From the IMG/VR virus record IMGVR_UViG_3300022752_000055, positions 8,127 to 72,126 of that record: 64,000 bases of DNA. One strand, 5' to 3'. The notes beneath the pieces are model-generated. The model searched no databases and had not been told where the DNA came from. It was given only the letters and a program-made list of their open reading frames with translations. Shown here one piece after another: positions 40,020-49,438 of this stretch. Both the position numbers and the translations under genes were made by a program. The stretch's first letter is position 1. Every line of letters begins with the position of its first letter. This stretch comes from a virus.

Positions 40020-40751
40020 TTATAATATCTTATTACTCTTACTTAAATTATCCTCCGCCCATAATGGTTGAAGATTACTATAATGTGATAATTTAATTAA
40101 TTCCTCCTCACTTTTTGCAGATGAAATCGGGGTTATATGGTCTATATGCCATTCACCTCTATTCTCCCAAGTCATCCCCTCCAAAAATTTTGTTTCCATA
40201 TATAACTTAAACCCACCATAACTTATACCAACAATAGTTTCCGTATTTTTATCAAATTTTTTATACCCTTGTTTTCTAAATGAATTACGTATAAGGTTTC
40301 TTAACCTGACTTTCATCGCAAACAATTCGTCATTCTCCCATCTACGTTTCCATTTTTTATATAGACGAACTTTTTCTTTTTGTTTTTTTATTTCTTTCCA
40401 TTCATCACTTTTATGATACTCTTTTAATTTATTATATTCTTCTTTTTTACTTTCTCTTTCCTTTATCTTTAATTCCCTCTGTTCTTTTTTTAGTTGTTTT
40501 TCTTTTAATAAAAGTTCTTTTTGTTTTTTTCTTTCTTCTCGTATAATTTTATTTTTTTCTTTTATTTTTTGTTCGTATTTTTTCCCATTCTCCTTTATTC
40601 TTAATTTTCCTTTTTCGGTCTTACTCCATTTATCAAAATTAACTTTATTACTTATCTTACGACAATTTTTACACCTACCTTTTGGTTTTCCATTTTCACA
40701 ATAAAATTCGTCAAATGGTAGTTCTAATTTACATTCACAACATATTTTCAT
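40020..40751 (-). CDS. HNH / endonuclease VII-like homing endonuclease
   Basis: N-terminal CxxC..CxxC; MTWEN.GEWHIDHI.P..HYSNLQPLWA.DN..K. Confidence 0.85.
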   Translation of the reverse strand: MKICCECKLELPFDEFYCENGKPKGRCKNCRKISNKVNFDKWSKTEKGKLRIKENGKKYEQKIKEKNKIIREERKKQKELLLKEKQLKKEQRELKIKERESKKEEYNKLKEYHKSDEWKEIKKQKEKVRLYKKWKRRWENDELFAMKVRLRNLIRNSFRKQGYKKFDKNTETIVGISYGGFKLYMETKFLEGMTWENRGEWHIDHITPISSAKSEEELIKLSHYSNLQPLWAEDNLSKSNKIL

Positions 40752-40954
40752 AATAATAAATATAGGGGATTGTACCCCATAAATCAAGATTTTTTCCAAA
40801 AATTTTTTTCTGTATATCACCCCCTCTTTTATAAACACCCCGTCGTTTTTTATATGTAGGGACATTTAATTAGGTAAGGGGTTAATTTTCTGGAAAAAAT
40901 TATTTTGATTAACATAGACTATTGTCCCCCCTATTTCAGTCATTTTGTCATATA

Positions 40955-41100
40955 TAACGGGGGATACCGGGGGGAGGGGGTAGTTATCCCCATCCGGGGG
41001 GGAGTTATCCACCGGGGTATGTGGATAAATAAAGTTATCCACATTATATCCCCCTCCCTATATAAGTTATTAACATTGTCATAGTGTCATGTGGATAACT
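40955..41100. promoter_or_regulatory. DnaA-box cluster 1 (candidate origin)
   Basis: TTATCCACA at 41035; TGTGGATAA at 41020 and 41090; near-matches at 40984 and 41005; G runs. Confidence 0.6.
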
Positions 41101-41151
41101 TATGTTGTATATGTCTTGACAATGTCATACCTTCGTGTCAAATAATATCAT

Positions 41152-41571
41152 ATGTCATATAACAATTCAATGTCGGAAGAACAGATTCTCAAGTTTAATA
41201 AGTATGTTGCAAAGCACACCAAGAAGGTTATGATAGATAAGGTAATAGAGGTGGATAGACATAGAACGAAGTTAAAGGTTAGGGTATGTTCGGTTATTCC
41301 TCCCAACGGAAGATGGGGGAACTTCAGGATTAATGTTAAGGTATTGGAGTCAATGGTTGAGATGGCGGTTAGGGATGATGCCGGTTTTATTGTTAGGGAT
41401 AACAATGGGGACATTGTATATAAGTATGTTCCCCGTCGTTTACGTAGGAGTGAAGTTAATTGGGCGAACAATGAAATAAGGAGAAGGGTTGGTTATAGGG
41501 TTGAAGAGATGATAGAGTTCTTTGGTATTGAATCTTGGAGGGTTAAGGTTGAGAAGGTAAACCACTCATAA
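41152..41571 (+). CDS. hypothetical protein
   Basis: 139-aa ORF, G-skewed; TACCTTCG upstream. Confidence 0.7.
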   Translation: MSYNNSMSEEQILKFNKYVAKHTKKVMIDKVIEVDRHRTKLKVRVCSVIPPNGRWGNFRINVKVLESMVEMAVRDDAGFIVRDNNGDIVYKYVPRRLRRSEVNWANNEIRRRVGYRVEEMIEFFGIESWRVKVEKVNHS

Positions 41572-42010
41572 GGGTATCTATATCAATATAGAAGTTTGCA
41601 ATATCAAATGTTCTATTATCTTTAAGTCGTAGTTCCCGGGGGATTTCTTCGGACCTGCCAACGCTATTTAGAATATTTTCAATGTCTCTAACAAGGGGTC
41701 TAAAATATGCAACCCTTTCTTCTGAGGTCCCCCCTTCAAAGAATGTTGCAAAGTTTGATACACCCCAAAGAGATTTACGTTCAGATGATGGGGATTTGGC
41801 ATAATACTTTGTATAGAAGGTATCAATCTCATACTTTGGCATAAGTTCTTTTAACTTATATATGTCAATGTATATGTCTAAGAATATTAATGAGGTATAT
41901 TGTTCCACATCATCGGGGACCGCAAATCTAACAATAAATGGATATGTTTTTTTTAATATCTTTTTAACCGCCCTATATGGGAAACTCTGTTCTACGTCCT
42001 GTTTATTCAT
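41543..42010 (-). CDS. hypothetical protein
   Basis: 155-aa ORF; TATTTAT upstream. Confidence 0.75.
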   Translation of the reverse strand: MNKQDVEQSFPYRAVKKILKKTYPFIVRFAVPDDVEQYTSLIFLDIYIDIYKLKELMPKYEIDTFYTKYYAKSPSSERKSLWGVSNFATFFEGGTSEERVAYFRPLVRDIENILNSVGRSEEIPRELRLKDNRTFDIANFYIDIDTLMSGLPSQP

Positions 42011-42043
42011 ACATATAAATATGTCATATATATAAAAAACATA

Positions 42044-42075
42044 TTTGGTGGAGTCAATAAGAAGTCGTACCTTTG
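42044..42075 (+). promoter_or_regulatory. Bacteroidota -33/-7 promoter
   Basis: TTTG-N20-TACCTTTG. Confidence 0.7.
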
Positions 42076-42079
42076 TTCT

Positions 42080-42499
42080 ATGATAAAATTAAAGACACGT
42101 ACAGACACACTTACCAAAGCCCAAAAAAGAAGGGTTGTTGATGCTACCATTAAATGGTGCAATGCAAACTTGGGGGTTAATAACCGGAGAAAGAATAAGT
42201 TAACCTACTCCGTTATCGTTCAGACCCCCAAGATTGTTAAAATTATGAACGCCGAAGCAATGGGGATGTTTAACCCCAAGTCCAATAAGTTAATTGTATT
42301 CCATAATAACACTGATACAGTTATGGAGATGGTCCAAACAACCATTCACGAATACACCCACTACTTGCAACCTATCGCAAAGTATTATCAGTTCTTCAAT
42401 AAGAACTATGGGTATAAGGACAACCCCTTTGAAGTTCAAGCATTCGGGAATGAGAAGTATTATAAGAAGTGTTGGAAGTCCATTAAAGGTTCATTATAA
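42080..42499 (+). CDS. zincin-like metallopeptidase
   Basis: IHEYTHYLQ (HExxH) and downstream NPFEVQA. Confidence 0.75.
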   Translation: MIKLKTRTDTLTKAQKRRVVDATIKWCNANLGVNNRRKNKLTYSVIVQTPKIVKIMNAEAMGMFNPKSNKLIVFHNNTDTVMEMVQTTIHEYTHYLQPIAKYYQFFNKNYGYKDNPFEVQAFGNEKYYKKCWKSIKGSL

Positions 42500-42734
42500 G
42501 TTCCTGACACTTCGAAACGATGTCCTTGGGGGTGATATTCTCACCCCCATATTCGTATAGTCCCTCCACCTTCGCATCCACACAACTCCATTTCGTTGGA
42601 AGAATAGGTTTGTTAATCCATCCCCTCTTCGGTCTCTCAAAATATAATAGTCCAAGTGATATCCCACTCACACTTACCTCCACACATATCCGGTCCTCCG
42701 TTAATCTATTAATGTCGTATGTCAATTTGTCCAT
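42483..42734 (-). CDS. hypothetical protein
   Basis: ORF from MDKLTY. Confidence 0.55.
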   Translation of the reverse strand: MDKLTYDINRLTEDRICVEVSVSGISLGLLYFERPKRGWINKPILPTKWSCVDAKVEGLYEYGGENITPKDIVSKCQELIMNL

Positions 42735-42749
42735 GTGTATAACATAGTA

Positions 42750-42830
42750 AAAAATGTGGATAAATAAAGCTCTTGACCTGACAGGAGGGAAGTTATCCAC
42801 ATTGTCATAGTGTCAGGTGGGGATAACTTT
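42750..42830. promoter_or_regulatory. DnaA-box cluster 2
   Basis: TGTGGATAA at 42755, TTATCCACA at 42793, TGGGGATAA at 42818; shares ACATTGTCATAGTGTCA with cluster 1. Confidence 0.55.
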
Positions 42831-43481
42831 TTGTTAAAATATTTGAAAATGTCAGAATGTCAGTCGAGGTTTGGAGTGGGGACAATCCCTTTCCCCAATT
42901 CTAACTAAACATATATAAACATTTCCTCCCACATTTTACCACCATTATTGGGTTCCTGATAGTATAAACCCCACTTTTTCCCTTCTGACGCTATCAGGAA
43001 GACCACTTTTTTACTATATCTAATTTCCAGATAAAAAAAGATAGGTTAAACAAAATGCGGGGGAGTCCTCGTAGAGGACCTTCAGGAGTATATCTTCAAC
43101 GGAAAATTGTTTTATACCCCCATTTATTCCAACGAAAAAGTGTATTAGAATGACACTTTTATGAACGATAATATTCCCCATTCAACCGGACAATTCATGG
43201 TGGGAAAAGGTGGGAGTTATTAATCATATCTTTATAATCAGGTTTAACCTGACAAATAAGATATATAAGATAACTCATAATACTGTCAGATTATTAATGT
43301 ATTATCGGAAAAAATCCGATAGGATAGTTATTTCCTTACATATAGTCCTGACATCATACACCACATTAAAACGTCCATTAATATATGGGGGATAATATAA
43401 ATGGGGAAGAAATGATTAACTTATGAATGAGGACAACCCACCATCGTAGATGGGGGGAATTTGTTGTCCGGAGTGAATGAG

Positions 43482-44276
43482 TTAATCATTTCTTCCATTA
43501 ATAATAGATAATCTTTCTTTCTCTATATTACAATATTCTTCTGATATTTCTGAACCTATGTAGTTTCTCTTTGTTAGTATAGATATTTTGGATGTTGTAC
43601 CTGAACCCATAAAAGGGTCGTATATAATATCACCTTCATTAGACCAAGATAGTATATGTTTCTTTACTAGTTCTTCCGGGAATATTGCAGGGTGTTTGAA
43701 TGCAACCTTATCATTTGTTGTATTTCCTCCACCCACATAAAAATCCCATACATTATAATCCGGGACCATCTCCTTTATATAATAATCATTCTCATTAAAC
43801 TCCCCATCCTTATTTCTTGAGAACTTCTTTTTTCTATACGTCCTCTTATCATTACATTTGTTACTTCTAGGTCTTAATGATATATTCGTTGTATTTGGTT
43901 TACCTTTGCTTAATACAAACATATATTCAAAACTCTGCTGATATCTTGTTCCGGCGTTTGGTGGCGGATTTAACTTTCTATATATCATAGTGTCGTGCAC
44001 ATTAAAACCAATCTCATTAAAATATATCGCTTGCTTAAATGAACTTAACGTTTCTGACCCCTTTTTGGTCGCATCATTAACAACCCATACAACAACCCCA
44101 CCTTGCTTGGTAACCCGGTATAATTCCCTTGCAATGTCCTCAAACGGAAACGAATATCCATTGTATGCTCTCAGGTCATCGTATGGCGGAGATGTTATGG
44201 TTAAATCAATAAAATTATCATCCATCCTTCCCATCGTTATTAAACAGTCCTCATTATATGTCTTATTTATTTCCAT
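43482..44276 (-). CDS. N4-cytosine/N6-adenine DNA methyltransferase (beta class)
   Basis: TSPPY precedes DPFMGSGTT; HPAIFP. Confidence 0.9.
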   Translation of the reverse strand: MEINKTYNEDCLITMGRMDDNFIDLTITSPPYDDLRAYNGYSFPFEDIARELYRVTKQGGVVVWVVNDATKKGSETLSSFKQAIYFNEIGFNVHDTMIYRKLNPPPNAGTRYQQSFEYMFVLSKGKPNTTNISLRPRSNKCNDKRTYRKKKFSRNKDGEFNENDYYIKEMVPDYNVWDFYVGGGNTTNDKVAFKHPAIFPEELVKKHILSWSNEGDIIYDPFMGSGTTSKISILTKRNYIGSEISEEYCNIEKERLSIINGRND

Positions 44277-44339
44277 CACACACAATAATAATAAAAATAT
44301 TGGAATAAGTTAATCATTTATTCCCTATATTTATGTATT

Positions 44340-44657
44340 ATGGAAAACAAACTTAGAGTACTTAGAAGATTATATGCGATTGAGAATCTAATTGAATATA
44401 GGTTGGATGATTATACTGACATGATTTTGTCTAATAATGATTCTAGATTTTTTGGGTTATGTAATGAGAATGAAGATTATTTTTATGAAGTTGTTAGTAG
44501 GTGGGTTATGGAACAAATGTATTATAATCACTTTAGTGATATTGATGACACATCTGAAGAGTGGTCTGAAATATATAAAATGATGGAAATGTATATTGAT
44601 ACATTATATAGTAAAAAAATTAAAGACTTTTTTAATAATAAATGTAGTGGGAAATAG
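44340..44657 (+). CDS. paralog family protein (LRRL..I module)
   Basis: Similar to 39629, 44658 and 47619. Confidence 0.75.
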   Translation: MENKLRVLRRLYAIENLIEYRLDDYTDMILSNNDSRFFGLCNENEDYFYEVVSRWVMEQMYYNHFSDIDDTSEEWSEIYKMMEMYIDTLYSKKIKDFFNNKCSGK

Positions 44658-45014
44658 TTATTTCTCTATATTATTTTTATAATACTCCGCAATCTTATCG
44701 TAATACATTGTTTTAAAAAACTCTCTTAGTTCCTCTTCCTCATCATCTGTAATAATCATTTCCGGTTCTAATTCTCCTTCATCCCAATTTTCAAATATAG
44801 GGGAAATGTTATCAATATAAAAACCATCAATAACACTATCAATAAACCACTCAATACCTTTCTCTTTTAATCTTGTTTTGTAATAATTAAAAGTCCATAT
44901 TGTTGATTCAAGAATAAGTTCATCAATGTCATTCAATCTTCTTACCACCATGTTGATGAGTTTTCTATCAACTTCTTCCTTTAATACTTTTCTTATTATT
45001 TGTTGTATACTCAT
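44658..45014 (-). CDS. leader-bearing paralog
   Basis: IQQIIRKVLKEE leader. Confidence 0.75.
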   Translation of the reverse strand: MSIQQIIRKVLKEEVDRKLINMVVRRLNDIDELILESTIWTFNYYKTRLKEKGIEWFIDSVIDGFYIDNISPIFENWDEGELEPEMIITDDEEEELREFFKTMYYDKIAEYYKNNIEK

Positions 45015-45571
45015 TTCTCTATGTTATTTCCCCCGCCATCTAGTTTATCTGTAAATCCCATTAACTTGTCAAATGCCGGGTGTAATGATATCGGTTCCTT
45101 CTTTGTATCTCTCATTGCATCCCACGTGCTAGGTTTAACCTTCATATGGTTTTGAACCAAGTACTTTATCTCATCAATATCCGTTCCATCAAATGTTAAT
45201 ATCCAATCCTTAAATTGTTCCACATAATTCGTAGATTTGTTCTCGTGCCCGTATGCCGTTGGTTCCCCCGTTTTTGGATTAATACCATATGTATCCATCT
45301 TCCCCAAGTCATGGAATAGTGCCGCCATAATCATATTGACATCATCAGGATAGTGATGATATGCCCTCTTTATAACAACGAGTATATGTTTTAAACTATT
45401 TCCCTCCGGATGCCACTTCGGGTTTTGCTTTGCTCCCCATTGCTTAAATAACAACTTCTTTAATTCTTCCGGTAAAGTCCTAATTAACTCATTTGGCGTT
45501 GCAGGCAATTTTTCCTCACATATAAGGTTAATAACTTGTTTTATTCTCTGTATGTTTTCTTGTAGGTTCAT
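45011..45571 (-). CDS. leader-bearing HD-domain phosphohydrolase
   Basis: MNLQENIQRIKQ; QNPKWHPEG..H, AALFHDLGK, GHE, NHM. Confidence 0.85.
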   Translation of the reverse strand: MNLQENIQRIKQVINLICEEKLPATPNELIRTLPEELKKLLFKQWGAKQNPKWHPEGNSLKHILVVIKRAYHHYPDDVNMIMAALFHDLGKMDTYGINPKTGEPTAYGHENKSTNYVEQFKDWILTFDGTDIDEIKYLVQNHMKVKPSTWDAMRDTKKEPISLHPAFDKLMGFTDKLDGGGNNIEK

Positions 45572-46017
45572 ATCTTAATTATTAATACATTTGGTGTTAT
45601 TCCTATTGCCGCTGCGGTGCATAATCTTGTATTACCCGCAACTAAATGATATCTATTTCCAAACTGAATTATCATAGGTGGATTATAATCACCCGATTCC
45701 AAACTCTTTTTTAATTTGTTTGGGTTTGTTTTATTATACTTCTTTGCAATTTTTTCCACCGATTTTATATCTCCTTTATCTATTTCATTTGACTCCGTAT
45801 TTTCCAACTTGGACCATATTGACTTTGTTAGTTTCTTTGGTTCCGCATTTTTAAATTTTTCTTTAACTTCCTTAACCGAAATATCAATATCTTCATCCCT
45901 TGATAAATCCTGAACAGCCCTTTCAATCTCATCCATTTCTGAATTGATATATGATTTGGTGGATTCATTAATCCCCATCATCTGTTTAATCCTATGTATG
46001 TTTTCTTGTAAGTTCAT
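45568..46017 (-). CDS. leader-bearing ParB/Srx-like protein
   Basis: MNLQENIHRIKQMMGINE; PPMII..YHLVAGNTRL. Confidence 0.7.
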   Translation of the reverse strand: MNLQENIHRIKQMMGINESTKSYINSEMDEIERAVQDLSRDEDIDISVKEVKEKFKNAEPKKLTKSIWSKLENTESNEIDKGDIKSVEKIAKKYNKTNPNKLKKSLESGDYNPPMIIQFGNRYHLVAGNTRLCTAAAIGITPNVLIIKI

Positions 46018-46018
46018 T

Positions 46019-46435
46019 TTACTTTTTTTTCTTTACACAATTTGGATATCTTTTACCAAACATTGTTTTCATCCCCTTTTGGGTATATCCCGCCCAACAT
46101 CTTTCAGTTATTTCACCTTCATTCTGCTCTTCTTTACGAGGTTTATCTAGTTCGTTAACAGATTTTACAAATCTACGACATTTATCACTAACTCCACCCT
46201 TTTCGTGGTCGGTTATTGATATTTTAACCTTGTTGTAATTTATTGTAATGTTCGGATGATGGTTTTGTTGTTCAGCTATCTTCGCAACTTTATTAACAAA
46301 ATCAATTGAATCATTAAACTCTTTGAATTTAAATGTTTTTTCCAATTTTTGCTTTGAGTCACCCCAACCTTTGGATTCGTTTACATCCATTACCATTTCC
46401 AATAATGCTTGTCTTATATTTTCTTGTAAGTTCAT
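46019..46435 (-). CDS. leader-bearing pterin-4-alpha-carbinolamine dehydratase-like protein
   Basis: KTFKFKEF..FVNKVA..AE..NHHP.I..YNKV; extra CWAGY..PNCV tail. Confidence 0.8.
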   Translation of the reverse strand: MNLQENIRQALLEMVMDVNESKGWGDSKQKLEKTFKFKEFNDSIDFVNKVAKIAEQQNHHPNITINYNKVKISITDHEKGGVSDKCRRFVKSVNELDKPRKEEQNEGEITERCWAGYTQKGMKTMFGKRYPNCVKKKK

Positions 46436-46468
46436 AATGATATAAATATCCTGTATATTTATAATGAT
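46436..46468. promoter_or_regulatory. divergent pair of TATTTAT (putative late) promoters
   Basis: TATAAATA-TCCTGTA-TATTTATA between two divergent operons. Confidence 0.65.
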
Positions 46469-46888
46469 ATGAAATATATAATAACTGAGGAACAATTAAA
46501 AGGTATTAACAAAACAATTATTAAACTGATTGATACTGAAGGTATTTTTAAGGCTATTGATGTTGTTGGTGATTATGATACCCTTAAAGAACTATTGGGT
46601 GATTATGAAATACCTAGACAACTTAAGATTGATACTATAAAAGAATTTATGAGTCAGAGAGCAGCAACCGGATTTCACCTCGGTGAATTTGATGAAGAAC
46701 CAATACCTTATTTTGAAAATAATGATGGCTATCATCAAATTGAATATTTGGGACCATCAAAAGCAATAATTAATGTGTGGGGTGGTTATAATGGTCAAAC
46801 TGATTTGGGTGAATATGGAGTATCTTATGGAGATTTACCTGAAAAGTCATTAGATGACATAATCGAAATGTTAATCAACCATTACTAA
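46469..46888 (+). CDS. leader-bearing protein
   Basis: MKYIITEEQL. Confidence 0.8.
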   Translation: MKYIITEEQLKGINKTIIKLIDTEGIFKAIDVVGDYDTLKELLGDYEIPRQLKIDTIKEFMSQRAATGFHLGEFDEEPIPYFENNDGYHQIEYLGPSKAIINVWGGYNGQTDLGEYGVSYGDLPEKSLDDIIEMLINHY

Positions 46889-47271
46889 TGAAATATATAA
46901 TAGACGATTTTAGTGAAGAGCAATTAATGAAAATTATTCGTAAATTTGTTCGTCACATATACGGAAAAGATTTAACTATGGTTGAGGATAGTGAAAGATA
47001 TATTAAATTCTTTTCAGTTGGACCGGTACCACCATACCATAGAAATATGGCGGGTCGCTTATGGGTTTATGATGATAGATTAATAAACATAATTATGGAC
47101 TTTTTTTCAACCGATTACGACCAAGCACTTGGTTTGGTTGCATTCTATTTCTCAAACAAATATGACATTAAAATAATGGATGCCAAAGTTCCATCTCACG
47201 TATTTTTTGGTAAAATAGATTATTCACGATTTGACGATGAGAATTACCATATTGAAGATGATGAAGATTAA
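46888..47271 (+). CDS. leader/paralog family protein
   Basis: MKYIIDDFSEEQL; DFFS.DY motif. Confidence 0.8.
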   Translation: MKYIIDDFSEEQLMKIIRKFVRHIYGKDLTMVEDSERYIKFFSVGPVPPYHRNMAGRLWVYDDRLINIIMDFFSTDYDQALGLVAFYFSNKYDIKIMDAKVPSHVFFGKIDYSRFDDENYHIEDDED

Positions 47272-47273
47272 TT

Positions 47274-47606
47274 ATGAAATATATTATAACAGAAAATAGT
47301 TTAAGGAGAGTTCAGTTTAAGTATTTGGATTACTTATTTGAGGGTATGCATGTAATTAAAATGCTTTCACCGGATGATAATATATTTTCAGGGCCTAATG
47401 CAATATTTTGGAAAAAAAATGATAGTATATTATTGGTACTTAGAATTCGCGAAAAAAATAAATTAGAAGTTACATATCCAATTTGGGAAGATATATCCAA
47501 TATGTTTTCATTGGATTATTATGAAACTCAGGAACTTATGGAAGAATGGGCGGAACAACGTTTGGGGGTGGGAAAAGTCAAAGCCGCATCGGTTGATTTT
47601 TTTTAA
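47274..47606 (+). CDS. leader-bearing paralog of the array-associated gene
   Basis: MKYIITENSL; WEDISNMFSLDYYETQELMEEWAEQ. Confidence 0.85.
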   Translation: MKYIITENSLRRVQFKYLDYLFEGMHVIKMLSPDDNIFSGPNAIFWKKNDSILLVLRIREKNKLEVTYPIWEDISNMFSLDYYETQELMEEWAEQRLGVGKVKAASVDFF

Positions 47607-47618
47607 TAAATTAAAATT

Positions 47619-47918
47619 ATGAAATACATTATAACGGAAGAACAAAACTATTATTTAAGAAGATTACGTATTATTGATAATTTAATTAAAAGTTCTCTTG
47701 AAATGTTTGATTTATGGGGAATTAAAAAAATAGATGTTGATTATATGATTAAATTTCTCACAACAGATGTTACTGAATCTTATTTTTTTAAATTCAGTGA
47801 CGACATTTATGTTGGCGGTGAGGAATATGATGAATTAACCGATTTTGTTGAATCGTATTTAAATAGTAGTTGGAGAGATAAACTTGAAAAAATAATAAAA
47901 AGTAAGAAAGGAAAATGA
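47619..47918 (+). CDS. leader-bearing paralog
   Basis: MKYIITEEQ; LRRL.IID. Confidence 0.8.
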   Translation: MKYIITEEQNYYLRRLRIIDNLIKSSLEMFDLWGIKKIDVDYMIKFLTTDVTESYFFKFSDDIYVGGEEYDELTDFVESYLNSSWRDKLEKIIKSKKGK

Positions 47919-48226
47919 AATACGTTATAACTGAAGAACAACAAAAAAGTTTAAAAAACCATATGTTAGAACTTTTAAATTATAGTTTTAAAGATAGTAA
48001 TATTGTTTGTGAAATAAAAGTAACCGATGTTGAAGAAGATGATGATGATTATAACGACGGATTAAGATATGATATTTACGTTTTCATTAACTCCTCGTTC
48101 ACTAGAGCTGTCGGCATTTACGGATATAAAGTTGCAACACAAAGAAAAATAGATTCCTTAATGGAAGATTGGTTTGGATTAAATAAAAACGAATATTACG
48201 TTTCAATTTCCGCTAAAGATTGTTAA
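47915..48226 (+). CDS. leader-bearing protein
   Basis: MKYVITEEQ. Confidence 0.8.
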   Translation: MKYVITEEQQKSLKNHMLELLNYSFKDSNIVCEIKVTDVEEDDDDYNDGLRYDIYVFINSSFTRAVGIYGYKVATQRKIDSLMEDWFGLNKNEYYVSISAKDC

Positions 48227-48227
48227 T

Positions 48228-48605
48228 ATGAAATACATTATAACTGAAGAACAAAATTTAAGATTATTCAAAATAATGGAGAATCTTATGTTAGAAAAAT
48301 TTCCTGAACTTGAATTTCCTTTAGTAAAAAAGAATATTCCATCAATAAGTAATCGTGGATATGGCTCATCTTTAGATGACTATTATCTAATTACAACATC
48401 ATACAAAGATGAAGATGGTGAAACTTGGTTTAAAGAATTTGATGGTAGAGACCTTTACCAAGATTCCAAATGGGAAGTTAATGATAAATTAGAATTACTT
48501 CTTGATACGTTTGATGAAGAGTTTTTTATGGATTTCGTCAAACATTATTTTAACATAGACCTTAGAGAAAAAGGTAATAAAAAATATGATTGGGTTTTTA
48601 GATAA
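48228..48605 (+). CDS. leader-bearing protein
   Basis: MKYIITEEQ. Confidence 0.8.
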   Translation: MKYIITEEQNLRLFKIMENLMLEKFPELEFPLVKKNIPSISNRGYGSSLDDYYLITTSYKDEDGETWFKEFDGRDLYQDSKWEVNDKLELLLDTFDEEFFMDFVKHYFNIDLREKGNKKYDWVFR

Positions 48606-48614
48606 TTATACAAT

Positions 48615-48974
48615 ATGAAATACATTATAACAGAAGACAAATTAAAAAAGTTTCTAAAAAGACAATTTGGAGTTGATTTGACCGGTGATGTTGAAATGAT
48701 TACTTCAGTTCATCAAATTCCTTCAGTATTTGCTAGATTCTTCAGCACAAGTGAAATTACTCGTCATTTGAACCATTATGGACCAATGTATACAGTAAGA
48801 ATAAATAAGACTGGTGAAACGTTTTTAATTCAGGATAAAGGTGGTAATGAGTTGTATATTTATACAAGCCTTGGTTATAGAATTAATGAAGAAATTTTTT
48901 TTGAAAGGATTGGAATGGAACCTATTATATCTGTTATGGATTTGATAGACCAATATTATAAAGAGGAAGATTAA
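48615..48974 (+). CDS. leader-bearing protein
   Basis: MKYIITEDKL. Confidence 0.8.
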   Translation: MKYIITEDKLKKFLKRQFGVDLTGDVEMITSVHQIPSVFARFFSTSEITRHLNHYGPMYTVRINKTGETFLIQDKGGNELYIYTSLGYRINEEIFFERIGMEPIISVMDLIDQYYKEED

Positions 48975-49438
48975 ACGTAAACGGGCACATTATTCTTTTC
49001 TTCTTCAGTTGGTGGAAATGCATAATATACGTTAAATAAACTATAGTGTGGTTCAAAACCTATATTTTCGGCTAACTCCTCAATTTTTTGACTTAAAGCA
49101 TATGGTTGTCCTTGATAACTTTTATCTATAAAACCTCTATCAATCTCACTTCCGTAATATAAAAACGTCTCTTCTTTTCTTGAATAATTACCCCAATTCT
49201 TACTTAGTTTCGTAAAGTATTCAGGTTTGATTTCTATTAGTATTCTTGCACCCCAAGTGTGTTTAGTTAATTCCCGATGGTGTTCCGTCTCTTCTTTTAA
49301 TTCAATATAATAAACTCCCTCAACCCAAGGATAATCTCCTTTGTTTAAGATAATTTTATTTATCATCTTACCTAAAACTTCCTTTGATTGAGAATCGTCC
49401 TCTCTTAATACTTTTCTTATGGTTTCTCTTAAATTCAT
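48971..49438 (-). CDS. leader-bearing protein
   Basis: MNLRETIRKVLRE. Confidence 0.8.
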   Translation of the reverse strand: MNLRETIRKVLREDDSQSKEVLGKMINKIILNKGDYPWVEGVYYIELKEETEHHRELTKHTWGARILIEIKPEYFTKLSKNWGNYSRKEETFLYYGSEIDRGFIDKSYQGQPYALSQKIEELAENIGFEPHYSLFNVYYAFPPTEEEKNNVPVYV

